From Podarcis filfolensis (taxonomy: Eukaryota), in the NCBI GenBank assembly GCA_964270895.1, contig OZ185437.1: a DNA stretch of 64,000 nt; one strand, 5' to 3'. The stretch's first letter is position 1; each line of letters opens with the position of its first letter. The translations under genes were made by a program, and so were the position numbers. Under the pieces are notes generated by a model. The model saw only the letters and a list, made by a program, of their open reading frames with translations, searched no databases and was not told where the DNA came from. Positions 23,496 to 36,569 of the stretch are shown one piece after another.

Positions 23496-25298
23496 CAGCC
23501 TTGTTCATTCCATTACCATTTGAATCCAGATCTCAAAGTTCTCTCCACAAGAAAGGGTTGCTGGTTTGGAAAGCGGGGTTGACACTTTAGAAGTATTTTG
23601 TTATGCATATTATTGAAGGCACTCCACAAATATTCAAGGCTTAATTTTTAAACATTTGTATTTGGGCAGGACTTTTCTAACTGTTTTATGCTACTGTGTG
23701 TGAACTTGTTGGCAGTAGTAATTTTGAATAGTTCCAGCCCAAAGGATTGCTCTTTCTAATATTCTGTTAGAGCAATGCAAATGTGACACATTTCCAGATA
23801 TTTTATGTCACAATCTTGGAGATGGTTTTATTGAGCTGCATGACATGTCAGTCAAATGTCAATCAGTTGCTTGATCTCTTTCATTTCAACTATAAGTGCA
23901 TTTTAAAAATGAAAAAACAAAAACAAGTTCTATTAAAACCAGAAGTCAGAAATACAATTCCTTGGCTGGAACATAAAAGAATGCTGTCCAGGGAAACCTG
24001 AAGGTTATAATCCTGTAAAAAAAAAAAAGGAACCCGTGACTAAATTCCATTGGAAGGAATGGAAAAGGAGGTGTGAGAAACTGGAGTGTGTTCCATTAGT
24101 CCATGAGCTAAAATGCAGCGTTGTATCCAACAAATTCATCTCAGAGCAGACCCATTAAAACCAATGGGTTTCAGTTAATTATGCCCACTAATTTCAGGTG
24201 TTTGTAACCATGCAGCAGCAGCATTCTGACAATACAGTGGAAATTTCCATTTCCTCTCTTCCCTTCAAGTGCCCAAAAATATGTTCTGGAGGGTCACCCA
24301 ACCCTGTGGAGCTTATGCAGAGGCTGAGTAATCCCTGGTGGCAGTGATAGTGCAGTGTTGTATACAACCCAATGGGTCCACTCTGAATATGGCTAACATT
24401 GAATACAACCGGTGGGTATTTTTTGCCATATATGATCTACCAATATCTGAGAGAACTGGCTTCATCAAGGCATTGGGTTTCTCTGGGAGATTCCACTGCA
24501 CTATGAAACATAGATAGAAATGGCCACATGCTCAGCAATGTGCTGTGTGGAAAAAGAAAATCTCTTTGGCACATGAAATCTCTGGAGCACAACTCCTTTT
24601 CTGCTCTCTATGCTTGTAATTATTTTTACTCAGACTCCATAGGTTTCAATTTCAGGTCTCTTCAGTTCTTCATGGGCTCCCTGCCTTGTGATATAGACTC
24701 TTGGCACAAGGTGACTAAATTTCTTAACTCTGAAATGTTTCACCTTCAGGTTTTCTTTCAGCTTCATCTCAATGACACTGAAGAAACTTTAACTCTTACT
24801 TAGTCTCTTGGAAGGTTGTATTACAGTGGAGCGAAAACGGCCTCCATGCTATTTGTGAATGGCAGTTCTTTTGCAGGGGGTATCATGCCAAATATTTGTG
24901 GCAGGGGAAGTTTTTCTCAGAACCCCCCCCCCCCCGGGGAGAATTCATCTGGCTAACTTAATAAGTGAAAGAAACTGTATTGTTAGTTCCTATTGGTGAT
25001 GGGTGAAGTAAGCAATTGTAAGTGAAGAAGACTGTGTTATTCGACAATATTAAAACTGGACCCATGGTTGCACCCACAATTCATGAATGGCAAAATAGAG
25101 GCTATTTTATGGGGGGGGGAATCCTAGGGAGGACTGCAATTCTCCAATTAGGATGAGCTTAAAAAAAAGAAGAGAGAGAAAATCGGGGGGGGGGGGAGGT
25201 ATCAGAAAATTCCTCTCAGCCCTAGGTTGACTCATCCCCATATGGCAAGATGCTGAGAAAACAGGGAGTAGTGATATTGTGCCTCTTGTTTCCCAATA

Positions 25299-25524
25299 AA
25301 GTGGTACCTCGGGTTACAGATGCTCCAGGTTACAGACTCCGCTAACCTAGAAATAGTACCTCAGGTTAAGAACTTTGCTTCAGGATGAGAACAGAAATCG
25401 TGCAGTGGCGGTGCAATGTCAGCGGGAGGCCCCATTAGCTAAAGTGGTGCTTCAGGTTAAGAACAGTTTCAGGTTAAGAGCAGACCTCCAGAACGAATTA
25501 AGTTCTTAACCCAAGGTACCACTG
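25299..25524. mobile_element. Tigger-like MITE, second copy of 8429-8670
   Basis: TA|AAGTGGTACCTC ... AAGGTACCACTG|TA; high identity to the first copy. Confidence 0.85.
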
Positions 25525-26454
25525 TAGTCAATTCTGCTCTGAATCTAGGGAAAGGGTCTTGGTTTCACAACAAAACCACTCCAAGGCTTTGAAGGCAGGG
25601 CTAGCTGAAGAATCTGCATGAAAAGAATTTCTATCTGCCCCATATGGCATCTGTTTGGTGGCCACAAGGAATATAGCAGGTACCTATATTGTGGAATTCA
25701 TTACCTTTAAATATTAGGAAAATATCTTCTGAGCTTAGTTTCAGATGTTACCTTAGATGTGGTGTTTTGTTTTCATTTACACAAGCTTGCCCTTTCCTGC
25801 AACCTAATTTCATGTTCTTCTGGTCTTTGATTTTATGTACACTGCTTTGAAAGGATTTTAAAATTGTTTTAGCAATATATACATTTGTGTGTGTGAGCGC
25901 CCTGCTCACCATTGAAACCATTTTGGCTTTGCGAGCATTCCTTGCAAATATATGAAAAACCTCACTGCCAAGTACTCATAAGGAATGCTCCCAAAGCCAT
26001 ATGCCATGGAAAAGACCTTCCCCCTTAGATACAGAATGAAAACCTTATTTCTGCATGGAGAGAGTAACTGTTGCCTTCAATCCTAACAAGAGCTACAAGG
26101 TAGAAGAGGCAGGTGTTGCAGCAGGCTGGCTCAACCACCTTCCTGCTCTGATCTGAGCCCAGGGAGTTGCCTCGCCACAACAGCAGTGGGCCAGGAGTTG
26201 CAGTGGCTGCAGATAGGGCAGCAGCTGCACCAACAAGGGAGGAGTCTTGGCAGGGGAAAAACTGCAGCAGAAGTGTCTCCTTCTGAACGCAAAGGAAGAC
26301 GCTGTTCAGTTTAGTTAAGTGTGAACTAATTATAGAAATTGCAATGCATTAAGTGTCCACGGTAGCTTTGCAAGGGATGATGAGGAGAAAACTAGAACAA
26401 TTTGACCACACACCTGTGACCATTCATTCACCACACCCCTGCAACCTCCTAGCA

Positions 26455-26705
26455 CAGGGGTCAGCAAACATTTTCAGCAGGGGGCCGGTCCACTGTCCTC
26501 AGACCTTGTGGGGGGCCGGACTATATTTTTTTTGGGGGGGGATGAACGAATTCCTATGCCCCACAAATAACCCAGAGATGCATTTTAAATAAAAGCACAC
26601 ATTCTGCTCATGTAAAAACATGCTGATTCCTGGACTATCCGCGAGCCGGATTTAGAAGGCGATTGGGCCGGATCTGGCCCCCGGGCCTTAGTTTGCCTAC
26701 CCATG
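26455..26705. mobile_element. hAT (Charlie-like) MITE
   Basis: TIRs CAGGGGTCAGCAAAC / GTTTGCCTACCCATG; perfect 8-bp TSD TCCTAGCA (26447-26454, 26706-26713). Confidence 0.9.
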
Positions 26706-27578
26706 TCCTAGCAGCTCTGCCAGATCTAGTGTGCACCAGACTGCATGCACAGTAAACAGGAGTGTATACACAGCCTTAGCTTTGAACAAGATCTGGAGGG
26801 CTATTGGTTCCCCACCTTTGTGTTAAGGCAAAGCTACCATGAGATACAACCCTTAGGACTTCTTGATCCTTGTATTCTCAACTTGTGCTGCATGCCATGT
26901 GGTAGCAGTGAGGCTGCTGGAACAAGTGTGAAGTAAGGAGCCAAGATGCCTTTTTGTTGTGTCCAGAGTGATATACCAAAAGCCCCATGTGAATATTAGC
27001 TTACAGTCACTCCAGGGTGCGTTCAGTGATCTAGCAACTTGTGAGTTCAATCCCATTTCATTTCAAAAGCTTGTTTCTGTGTTTGTTTTTTTTATTTTAA
27101 AAAATAAACCAATGCCTCTGGTAAAATGTATATGGTGAGTGATGTCAGACGGTAGTGCAAAGGACAAAAGAAGAAACAACAGGCTGTGGGGGGAAATGTG
27201 CATAACCATCATCTGCACCAGAATACTAGCTGTAAAGCAGAAAGAAGACAATACAAGTGCTGCTGTGATGGAATTCCCAGCAGAGGGAATTATAACTATA
27301 AAGCACCAAACAAAAATACGCCAACCTGACATTTGAGATGAAAGCCATCTAGCTCAAGGCAATAAAGATGATTGCCATAGTGTTATTTCATCACACATCC
27401 CCTAGGGCTGAACAGGTTAGCAAGCTATGAGGTCACAAAACACAGCCAGAGAACAACTGGTCTCATTTCCAATTTGAGGTCAGATTTGCCCAAGGCTTCC
27501 TGATATTAGGGAAAGTCCTCTCCCTTTGCCTGCCCAGCTCTCAGATTCTACAGTCCTCCAGTTATTGTTCTTTATATA

Positions 27579-27792
27579 CAGGCAGCCCCTGGTTTAGGTT
27601 CAATATGCGAGTGATCGGGTATATGCGCATTGCACAGAACCCAGAAGTGACAAGGAAATGTCATAAAGACACCACTGAAACGTCATTAAAGGGTGGAACA
27701 GAGGCAGGGTTGGGGATGAATTGGGTATTTGCAGGTTTTTCCAATGAGTGCCTTGGAACGCAACCCACATGGAAATGGGGGGTGGGTGCCTG
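27579..27792. mobile_element. Tigger-like MITE (TA TSD)
   Basis: TA|CAGGCAGCCC ... GGGTGCCTG|TA. Confidence 0.7.
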
Positions 27793-30477
27793 TATATACA
27801 AAAAAAAATAAAAAAAAAATCATGGCCAAAGACAGCATAAAACAACAATAAAATGAGATTCATAAAACAAGTGCATAATGCAGCACGAGTGAGTACTAGT
27901 ACAGATTAATAAATCAACTGGATTACTCCTTAGGGAAAGCCAAGGTGGACTCAGTCCGAGTCAGTATGGTCAGTGGCCAGGAGTGTTGGGAGCTGAAATC
28001 CAGCAATATCTGGAGAAGCACAAGTTCCACAACCTTCATTTAGAAGATGAAGCTCCCCACCCCTTTATAAGAAAATCATGTACACGCATACAGTTCCAAA
28101 GTATAAAAGCTATTTCAGTAAGTCAGACCACACACAGGTATTCAGTTACAAAGCATTTGAGCCACACGGCTTAGACTGTTGTATCTTTGAGTTGTGAGCT
28201 TGAGCAGTACGAATGAGTCAGAATGATGGGATTTATAGATAGTGCTCACCCACCTGTAACAACAAGCTTTACAACAAACATATGAGATCTGGGATAACTG
28301 CTCCTGAGAAACTGTTGTGCTGACAGGAATAAAAAATCTGAATTTCTGCTATTTCCATTCGGCTTGAAATTATTACACTTTGCGATAACGAAAGGGATTT
28401 ATAGGCACATTTAAATGTCCTCAAAGCCACGCACCAGTTCCAATTCCCTTCCCCTGTTGGGTCTTGGGACTCCCCTCACCCTTGACCACTGACCAATACT
28501 GGCTGGGGCTGATGTGAATTTCAGAGCTAGAACCTCTTCCATCAGTAGTGTCCTTGTGTCATATCCATTTTCAGATGCCCTGTTTATTGAGCATTCATCA
28601 TGAATTGTGCTCATGATGTTATGCAATCCCACTTTCGATACCATTTGCACTTGCAAAAGTTTTGTGGTGGTCGTACTGCTTTGTTTGCAATAGATGCCTG
28701 CCCCATACTTCTCTGATAAGTTCCTCCAACTTTTTCTCAATAAAATAACATCTAAAAATCATATCCCATTGCATAACGTTCCAGGGTTCTTGTTGTTTTG
28801 CCTTGCCTTTGTCATGCTTATGGGGCAAGAGCATCCCTCCAGATGGCAATAATGTAGTGATGTTGGTGATGCATAGCAGAACAAATAATAAAGCAGAATG
28901 GTGTGTGGGTGCCCCAGTATATATCCATCATTAATGCACTATTTTTTGCATCAATGACATGTTACAGAATACACCCACAAAAAGAACACGAGTCTTTAGA
29001 CAAAAGACAATGCTGAAACAACAGTGACCTTAAAGTTTTGCGGTTTCTGGTGTTATTGCCATTTTATTTTCAGGATTGCTCTTTCTTTTCATGAACTGTC
29101 ATGATTGTTCCGTAACAGCTCTGAGACATTCCTGTGTGTCAGGCTGTTTCTGCTGGCTTCCTGGTGTTTTCACACTGTGTGGCCATTCAGTCTTGTCTTT
29201 TTCAATCTAACTCCTGCACCTCCATATGTAGATGTCATCCATCTCAGCTCACCCTTGCATCGTATTATCTAATTTTCTCTCTCAACGGCACTCTTTTCTT
29301 TTACCATAACCTCATCTAGTTTAACATTAATAGAAGTTGTGCATCAGTAAGGAGCACAAATTTACCCACCTATAATGCAAGGAAATGAACTTTAGAGCAA
29401 ATCTAGCAAGCCCTAATGCAGGCATAGCTGAGTGAATAGATTGTGTTTGCAACATATCAAATATGTTATTATTCTCTCTGCATGCTGCAGATGTTGCAAA
29501 CACACGAGGTCACTGAAACAGGCAACTAACTGTTCAGCACTCTTAATTTTTCATTCTAACAAATGCTTTGTCATTTTGTTTTATGAGCGTGCCACAGTTA
29601 GGGGTCTAATTGCCTCAGCTATCTATATAATTATGTGGACATCAGTCTGGTAAGTTCCCTTCTGGCTAATCTGGAATGGGTCAGATCAGATGCAATTATT
29701 CAGAATTGCAAAAGATTCAAAAATCTGAATTCATAATTGTCAACGGTGCATTATTTAAATAACTTCCCATTGCACATGTTATATTAAAATGCAGCTGCTC
29801 TAAGCTGTGTAAGAGAGAAGCAAACACACTGAGATGACTGTTTGTTTCACAATCAATAACTGCCTGATAAAGTCCCCAAACCTAGTCACTAGCAGTGTGT
29901 ATGAACAACCACAATATTTGGATCATCATTTCAAAACACAGCCTGTTTCAGCCCAGAGTGTTTTGGAGGCTGCCCAATTCAGGGCTGAGGTTGAGTCTGC
30001 TTTGGGAAAAGTCCCACCCCAATTGGGAGATTTAAAAAGCTTGTCTATATCAAATCAAATCAAATATCTTTAATACGGTCAGTGACCGTATATCTTTTTT
30101 CCCACGGGAACTTCTTGACGGACATCTTTTTGGAGTGGGATTCAATGGCACACATTTAGATTGCACAATGACAGTTGATGTAGCAACTCTTGTGCAATGA
30201 CGTGTAAGACGCTGATTGCTTGATGCAAGGTTGTATCACCTTCCTGCAGACAAATAGTTGGTGTCTTGTAAGTGCCCCACAAATCTTGTGGCAACAAATC
30301 AGGATTAACAATGCTAAATAAACAGATCATATGAAAGCAACTGTGTTCAGTTTGATTGCTGTCTTTGATTGCTGAAGTGCCATGTAGTTTAATTGCACCC
30401 TGTGCATGATGCTCTGCAAATATCGGCCATGTCAGAAAAAATTCATGCAGGAAATATAAAAGCTGACCTTTATGTGG

Positions 30478-30480
<3 letters not shown>

Positions 30481-30542
<62 letters not shown>

Positions 30543-30566
30543 CTCTCTCTCTCTCTCTCTCTCTCT
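30481..30566. repeat. Compound microsatellite (TC)14(AC)16(CT)12
   Basis: Direct reading. Confidence 0.97.
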
Positions 30567-31426
30567 TTACCTTAACGCCTTTGTTTTGGGCCATTTTCAG
30601 GAAAACGGCAGCCTAATAGACACCTGGGAAATGTGAAAGGGTAGCATGATAATGTGTTCTAATATTATTCTAATATATATTTCCCCCTTTTCTTTGATTC
30701 TTAATTTTTTACATCACCTGTTCACTTGTGGTTTCTTCATCTGCTCCTAACAGCCAAGCAGAAAAATACTTTTCCTGTTGAAATCACACCTATTTTTTAA
30801 AAACGGCTCCATTTTAAGCTCTGCTTCTGATAAGGTTTTTAATAGTCGCTCCTCATATCCCGTCTTTATCCGCTTTACGTACCTGCACAAGGTCTAAAGA
30901 TAAACTATTTTCCATTGCACGTGTCAAGAGATTCAGCTAGTGTCTATTTCAATGGCCTGGACTAGCAAAGTGCTGTCAATCACTAAGGACTAATAGCTGT
31001 CACCAATCGTCCTTTAGCCAATCCTTACTCTAAGTTAAGCATTGAAGAGCAATTTGTGTTGCCACCTGTCTCCCAGGATATGAGTTCTGTTATCCTTAAA
31101 GTATTCTCTGTTGCTAAGGGCTTCTTGTTCCTGAATGTAAGTCTTTTTATTTCTCTCTCTTTCTCTCCTTCCCTGGTTAGATGTTTACAGCTCTCTCTTG
31201 ATACCCTAGGATGATTATCCAGTTGGTATCCTCCCACTAACAATGAGCATCAATAATCAGAATAGGGAGGAAAGTCATTTTCCTCCCTCCTTCACTTTGC
31301 AATTCCCAACCCCACTACATTCCTCAAGCCCTTCAATCTGATTTTGAGGGATACATAGGAAGCTGTCTAAACTGGAACAAACCATTGGTCTATCTAGCTC
31401 AGCATTGTTGGAACTGACTGGCATTG

Positions 31427-32401
31427 ATGTAAAAAGGTGAAATGCTTCTGGGAGATGATATATAATGAGTTGAAAAAAATGCTGAAATATACATTTATAA
31501 AGAAACCAGAAGCATTTCTATTGGGCATTGTGGGGAGTGACATAAATAGAAAGGAATGTAAGCTCTTTTTATATGCAATAACAGCAGCAAGAATATTATT
31601 GGCCCAAAAATGGAAGCAAGAAGAGTTACCGTCGATTGAAGAATGGAGGATGAAGTTAATGGACTATGCAGAATTAGATAAACTAACAGGAAGGATTCGA
31701 AACCGGCGAGAACAGAAATTTACGAAAGACTGGAGTAAATTTACGGACTATTTGAAAAGTAATTGTGAAGAACAGACGACGTTTGCAGGGTTGCAAGAAG
31801 TTTTGTGAGGAGTATTATTAGAACTATTGTAAAAATGGATAAGGGGGAGGATGATTTGTTAAGAGATGTAAAGGCAATATCTGGGACGCGGGTGGCGCTG
31901 TGGGTAAAACCTCAGCGCCCAGGACTTGCCGATCGCATGGTCGGCGGTTCGAATCCCCACGGCGGGGTGCGCTCCCGTCGTTCGGTCCCAGCGCCTGCCA
32001 ACCTAGCAGTTTGAAAGCACCTCCAGGTGCAAGTAGATAAATAGGGACCACTTTATAGCAGGAAGGTAAACGGCGTTCCATGTGCTGCTCTGGTGCCAGT
32101 TCGCCGGAGCAGCTTCATCACGCTGGCCACGTGACCTGGAAGTGTCTGCGGACAGCGCTGGCTCCCGACCTCTAGAGTGAGATGAGCGCACAACCCTAGA
32201 GTCTGTCAAGACTGGCCTGTACTGGCAGGGGTACCTTGTAAAGGCAATATAAAGTTAAAAAATGCATAAGAAGTGGTTAAAACGGTGGATTATCAGAGGA
32301 GCTGATGGAAGTCCAAAAAGATTGTATAAGTGATAAGTTTTGTGGTACATTTTATAATTTATATGTTAAAATTAATAAAAAATATTATATATATATAAAA
32401 G
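31427..32401 (+). mobile_element. L1/Tx1-type LINE 3' fragment (ORF2 C-terminus + 3' UTR), interrupted by a Sauria SINE
   Basis: ORF 31437-31808 CFWEMIYNEL...AARILLAQKWK...EEWRMKLMDYAELDKLT is typical of the squamate L1/Tx1 ORF2 end; AATAAA 32374 plus a (TA)n/A tail; degenerate 16-bp TSD GAACTGACTGGCATTG / GAATCGACCAGCATTG. Confidence 0.8.
31881..32236 (+). mobile_element. Sauria SINE, subfamily B, inside the L1 3' UTR
   Basis: Perfect 14-bp TSD TGTAAAGGCAATAT (31867-31880, 32237-32250). Confidence 0.93.
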
Positions 32402-34205
32402 GAATCGACCAGCATTGGCTTTCCAGAGTTTCAAGCCATACCTTGAGATGCTGGGGACTGAATCTGGGACCTGGTGCTCTACCACTGAGCGATGGCCCTT
32501 TTGCAGGAGAGAGGCTATTTCCAAAAACTGATTCCCTCCCAGTTCTGCTGATGGATGTCTACTATCAGCAAAGGGACACAAGTTGGATACTCCCCACTTT
32601 CCCTCTAGACATCTGTCTGCTGCTAACCTGTTTAGTTTCAAGTCGGGCGGAAATTCAATAATCAATTTGCATCTGGAGTAGCTGACCTCAGGAGGAATAG
32701 CTCAATTACAGGTTCCTATTTAAATCTGAATTTCAGATGTAAGCAAATAGTAATAATAAAATGCTGCCAAGGCAAAGTTTCTGCAACTCTAGTCAAATGA
32801 CCAGTGATGTTGTAAATCAATTTGGAATGTGTTAAATTAAATAAATACAATGATGATAACAGATACCACTGATAGCAGGTGCTGGATTTTGACCTGTTCC
32901 ATTCCATCCCTACTCTGAAAAGCTAATCAGTGCTACTACTGATCATCTGACCTGGGTTATGTATCCAGACCAGTGCAACTTTATGTGCAATCCTGTGGCT
33001 CAGTCAGATAACCAGCAGTGGTACTGTGCAGTTTTTCTTCATTTACTTCTGAAATGCATATTTAAACCTTGATTATGCATGGGAACCTCACTTTGCTGGT
33101 CTCTCAAAAAAAATCCAGAACAAAATTTCTGGAAAGGTAAAAAGTACCTCTCGTGCTAACCATTTCTAGAAATTCATCACCTGGCTCTTAACTTTAAGCA
33201 TCCAGCAGTCCTTTCATTCCTGAATATTGCTCCTGAGTCTTGTTTTCAGCTAAAACTTAATTCTGAGCTCCAACTTTGAACATTGGATATTACACCCTGA
33301 GATCCCTTCTCCTTTCATGGTAATTGTTTTTGAAAAGTTAGGAAAATGAAAGCTGTTAATGATACATGATCAAGAGTTTATGAAAATGACTGGGGCATTT
33401 CTTGTTCAGATTTTTTAAAAACACACACACACAGAATGTAATTAATTTGATAACCACGTATGTGCATTATTCGCCTGCTGTTTTCAAGCCTTTGTGTGGC
33501 TCTGGAAATTGGTTTGTTTCAAAGCTGTGGGCACCAGAGCGGAGCAGCACAAGGGACGCTTGCGTTTGATCTTCTCTTAGTAACCGGAACATGAATCCAT
33601 GCTAAAAGCTCTGCATCTTTGTTTCCCAGGTATACAGATAAGATGCATTATGGCTGTAATTCATAATGCAGTTCTTTTGCTTTGTCTATGAGTGGGCATA
33701 GGACAAAGTAGCCAATTTAACTCTAGCTGAGCAGGATATGAGATGCGAGAAACTTGTGTCAATTGGAGGAGAGCAAATGATAAACCTCTTCTTAAACAAC
33801 TGCACTGGCTGATCATGCTTTTCTGAGCAATGCTTTTCTAAAGGGCTAAGACCGATCCCTGTGTCATTAAATGACCGCCTTCTTCTCCAGCAGTCTGCCT
33901 AAATATTTAGGAGGCCCTGGTCCAAATCCACCATCTTCTGAAGTGAGAAGGGTTGGAACTTTTCACTTGTGGTCTCCTTCCTGTAGAATCCTTTTCCAAG
34001 GGAGGCTCTTCTGGCACTGAACTGGTCACGTTTCCAGTGCCATGACATTTATTCATATTTTGGCCATGACCTTCCTGTAGGCAATCCACGCTGACTTTCA
34101 TCTATTGATATATTTTTTTAAACACTCTTCTGGTTGCTTTAATTATTTTTAGCGTTTTTACTGCTTCTGATCATAGAGGAATAAAGGGTATACTACCTAC
34201 CAAAT

Positions 34206-34555
34206 GGGACGCGGGTGGCGCTGTGGGTTAAACCACAGAGTCTAGGACTTGCTGATCAGAAGGTCGGCGGTTCGAATCCCCGCGACGGGGTGAGCTCCCG
34301 TTGCTCGGTCCCTGCTCCTGCCAACCTAGCAGTTCAAAAGCACGTCAAAGTGCAAGTAGATAAATAGGTACCACTCCGGCGGGAAGGTAAATGGAGTTTC
34401 CATGCGCTGCTCTGGTTCGCCAGAAGCAGCTTAGTCATGCTGGCCACATGACCTGGAAGCTATACGCCGGCTCCCTCGGCCAATAAAGCGAGATGAGCGC
34501 CGCAACCCCAGAGTCAGCCATGACTGGACCTAATGGTCAGGGGTCCCTTTACCTT
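34206..34555 (+). mobile_element. Sauria SINE, subfamily A
   Basis: Full-length head and CCTTTACCTT tail; short TSD ACCAAAT. Confidence 0.92.
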
Positions 34556-34769
34556 ACCAACCAAATAAAAAAGGACAGGTGTCCCACCCCTTTTCACTGG
34601 AAGTCCCAGACCTTTCACTAGAAGTAACAACTTTTGATATAAATTTGATATGGCGGTTTGGGGGGGGGAAGTATGTTTTAGGGTATCATTGTAACCAGCG
34701 TAAATGACTGCCTCATTGTCCCTGATTTGGCAGAGTAGATTTCCAGTCTCCATGGCCTAAACCTAACCA

Positions 34770-35260
34770 TTGTGCCCTTCTATGTCCCAGTGTGTGTTCA
34801 TCTCACCCCTTGAGTGTATAGAAGTTTTTTGTTTCGTTTTTAGTCCTTACCATGTGTCTGGATCTTCACAGCTCCACAGCAGCCACTGCTGTGGATGTCC
34901 AGGCTAGTGCTTGAAATTGTCCATTGTGTCTAACCATTTTGAGGTGACCACCCCTTGCCCCTCCAATAGGAATGTAGGTTGTGATGGGACAGTCCGTCCC
35001 TCATCCCAAGGACACAGTGGACATATCACTTTCCTCGACCAATAGGTGCAAACCCTGCCATAATGAAGAGAAGAGGCCTTTCCCCTGCCACCTGTTCAAC
35101 CAACGAGCCCCTCAGAAGACAGGAACACACCTTTCAGCCAGGGTATGAGAGCTGGCTCCAGGGTGCAGGGCATTCCTGGAACATTCATCTCAAGCTGTAG
35201 ACCATGGCATCCTGTAATGCCTCTGACCCTCCCTTGAGGCCTACTCCGTTTACTAAAACA
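34770..35260 (+). mobile_element. Possible degraded solo LTR
   Basis: Two CCAAT boxes, an eroded TATA-like gggTATGAGAgc, ends ...ctaaaaCA. No TSD found. Confidence 0.3.
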
Positions 35261-35413
35261 TTGGAAAGTTTCAGATACTGCACCACAATATTTTCACCTA
35301 CTTGGAATCAGGTACTCTCTGAGTGCATGAATGAAATGCCTCCAAACAGCCTAGCCTCTAGTTCTGCAGATAGTGGTGCTAGAAAAAAATAAAATAATCC
35401 TCAACCAGCACAC

Positions 35414-35462
35414 TCCATCCATCCATCCATCCATCCATCCATCCATCCATCCATCCATCCAT
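35414..35462. repeat. (TCCA)12 microsatellite
   Basis: Direct reading. Confidence 0.96.
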
Positions 35463-36328
35463 TTATTCATTTCCAACATTTGTATACCCAATACAGCAAT
35501 ACTTCCAAATGTTGCAGTGGAAGTGTAGGGGATAAACCATAGGGATATTATTTTATAAGAAGCTTGGATGTGAACAGAAATTTCAGGATCAGGAAGGTGT
35601 AAAGGTGATAAGAATCGATATCCCAGTGCAGTCAGAACTCCTGAGCACAGCTCATCAAGCGGAGTAAAATTTGGTATGCATCAAATACTGGAAGTGGTGT
35701 CAATACATGGTCAAACCTAGTTTCTTGAAAGGTGCTCTGTTTTGCATGTGGGTGCTCTTCATCCTTGACTACAGCATATACTTGATAATTATTTTTTACT
35801 AAGGAAATCCCTGTCCCTGGTACAAAATGCAATGTCTGAAGCTTCCATGACATAGGAAATCATCTCCAAGTAGGAAAAGGCAATGGGCTGGATGTAGCAG
35901 TTGACTTCTGTTGTTGCTGTCTCCCTGGCTCTGAGACTCATAACATAGTATCTTGTTCTAAAACCAACTATGCTGTTAGATCGTCTGTTACGCTGATCAG
36001 CTCCAAAGAAAAAGACATTCAGAGGGAAATACTCAAAACAGCAGAAGCCAGAATCCCTGGGAACTGTAAAAATGCAAACTTCAGAAAACTAAGGAAGTGT
36101 AAAATGTAGGAAGATCTCACAAAGCAGAGCAGCAGACATTCTTTGACTCTATTTTAGCATCAGAAAAGCGCAGCCGGCAAGCCTAATGTATTTGTAGACA
36201 TTTGGAGCTGATAGTTATTTTGGGTCAGTGTGCACTACGGAACTAACTTCTTCTTTGAGGAAAGGATGGCAGAGACTGCAAGGTTTAGTTTCACCAGCCT
36301 CTCTGTATAGGGTGTCACAGGTAGCTTA

Positions 36329-36569
36329 GAAGAGTTTGGATTTGATACCCCGCTTTATCACTACCCAAAGGAGTCTCAAAGCGGCTAACAATCTCCTTTC
36401 CCTTCCTCCCCCACAACAAACACTCTGTGAGGTGAGTGGGGCTGAGAGACTTCAAAGAAGTGTGACTGGCCCAAGGTCACCCAGCAGCTGCATGTGGAGG
36501 AGCGGAGACGCGAACCCGGTTCCCCAGATTACGAGTCCACCACTCTTAACCACTACACCACACTGGCTC
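36329..36569 (-). mobile_element. tRNA-derived SINE (Squam3-like)
   Basis: Minus strand: GAGCCAGTGTGGTGTAGTGGTTAAGAG (A box) ... GGGTTCGCGTCTCC (B box), CORE-like 'gtgaccttgggccagtcac', L2-like end 'gttagccgctttgagactcc...gggtatcaaatccaaactcttct'. Confidence 0.8.

Larger units (their letters stand above)
31350..32500 (-). mobile_element. tRNA-derived SINE split by an L1 insertion (tail ~31350-31426, head ~32402-32500)
   Basis: Tail 'cataggaagctg...ccattggtctatctagctcagcattgt' left of the L1 and head 'gagatgctggggactgaatctgggacct..gctctaccactgagcgatggccc' right of it. Similar tails at ~53490 and ~60700. Confidence 0.65.

Noticed and set aside
30142-30594. 150-aa minus-strand ORF with RE/VC repeats
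   Set aside because: Artefact of translating the (TC)(AC)(CT) microsatellite.
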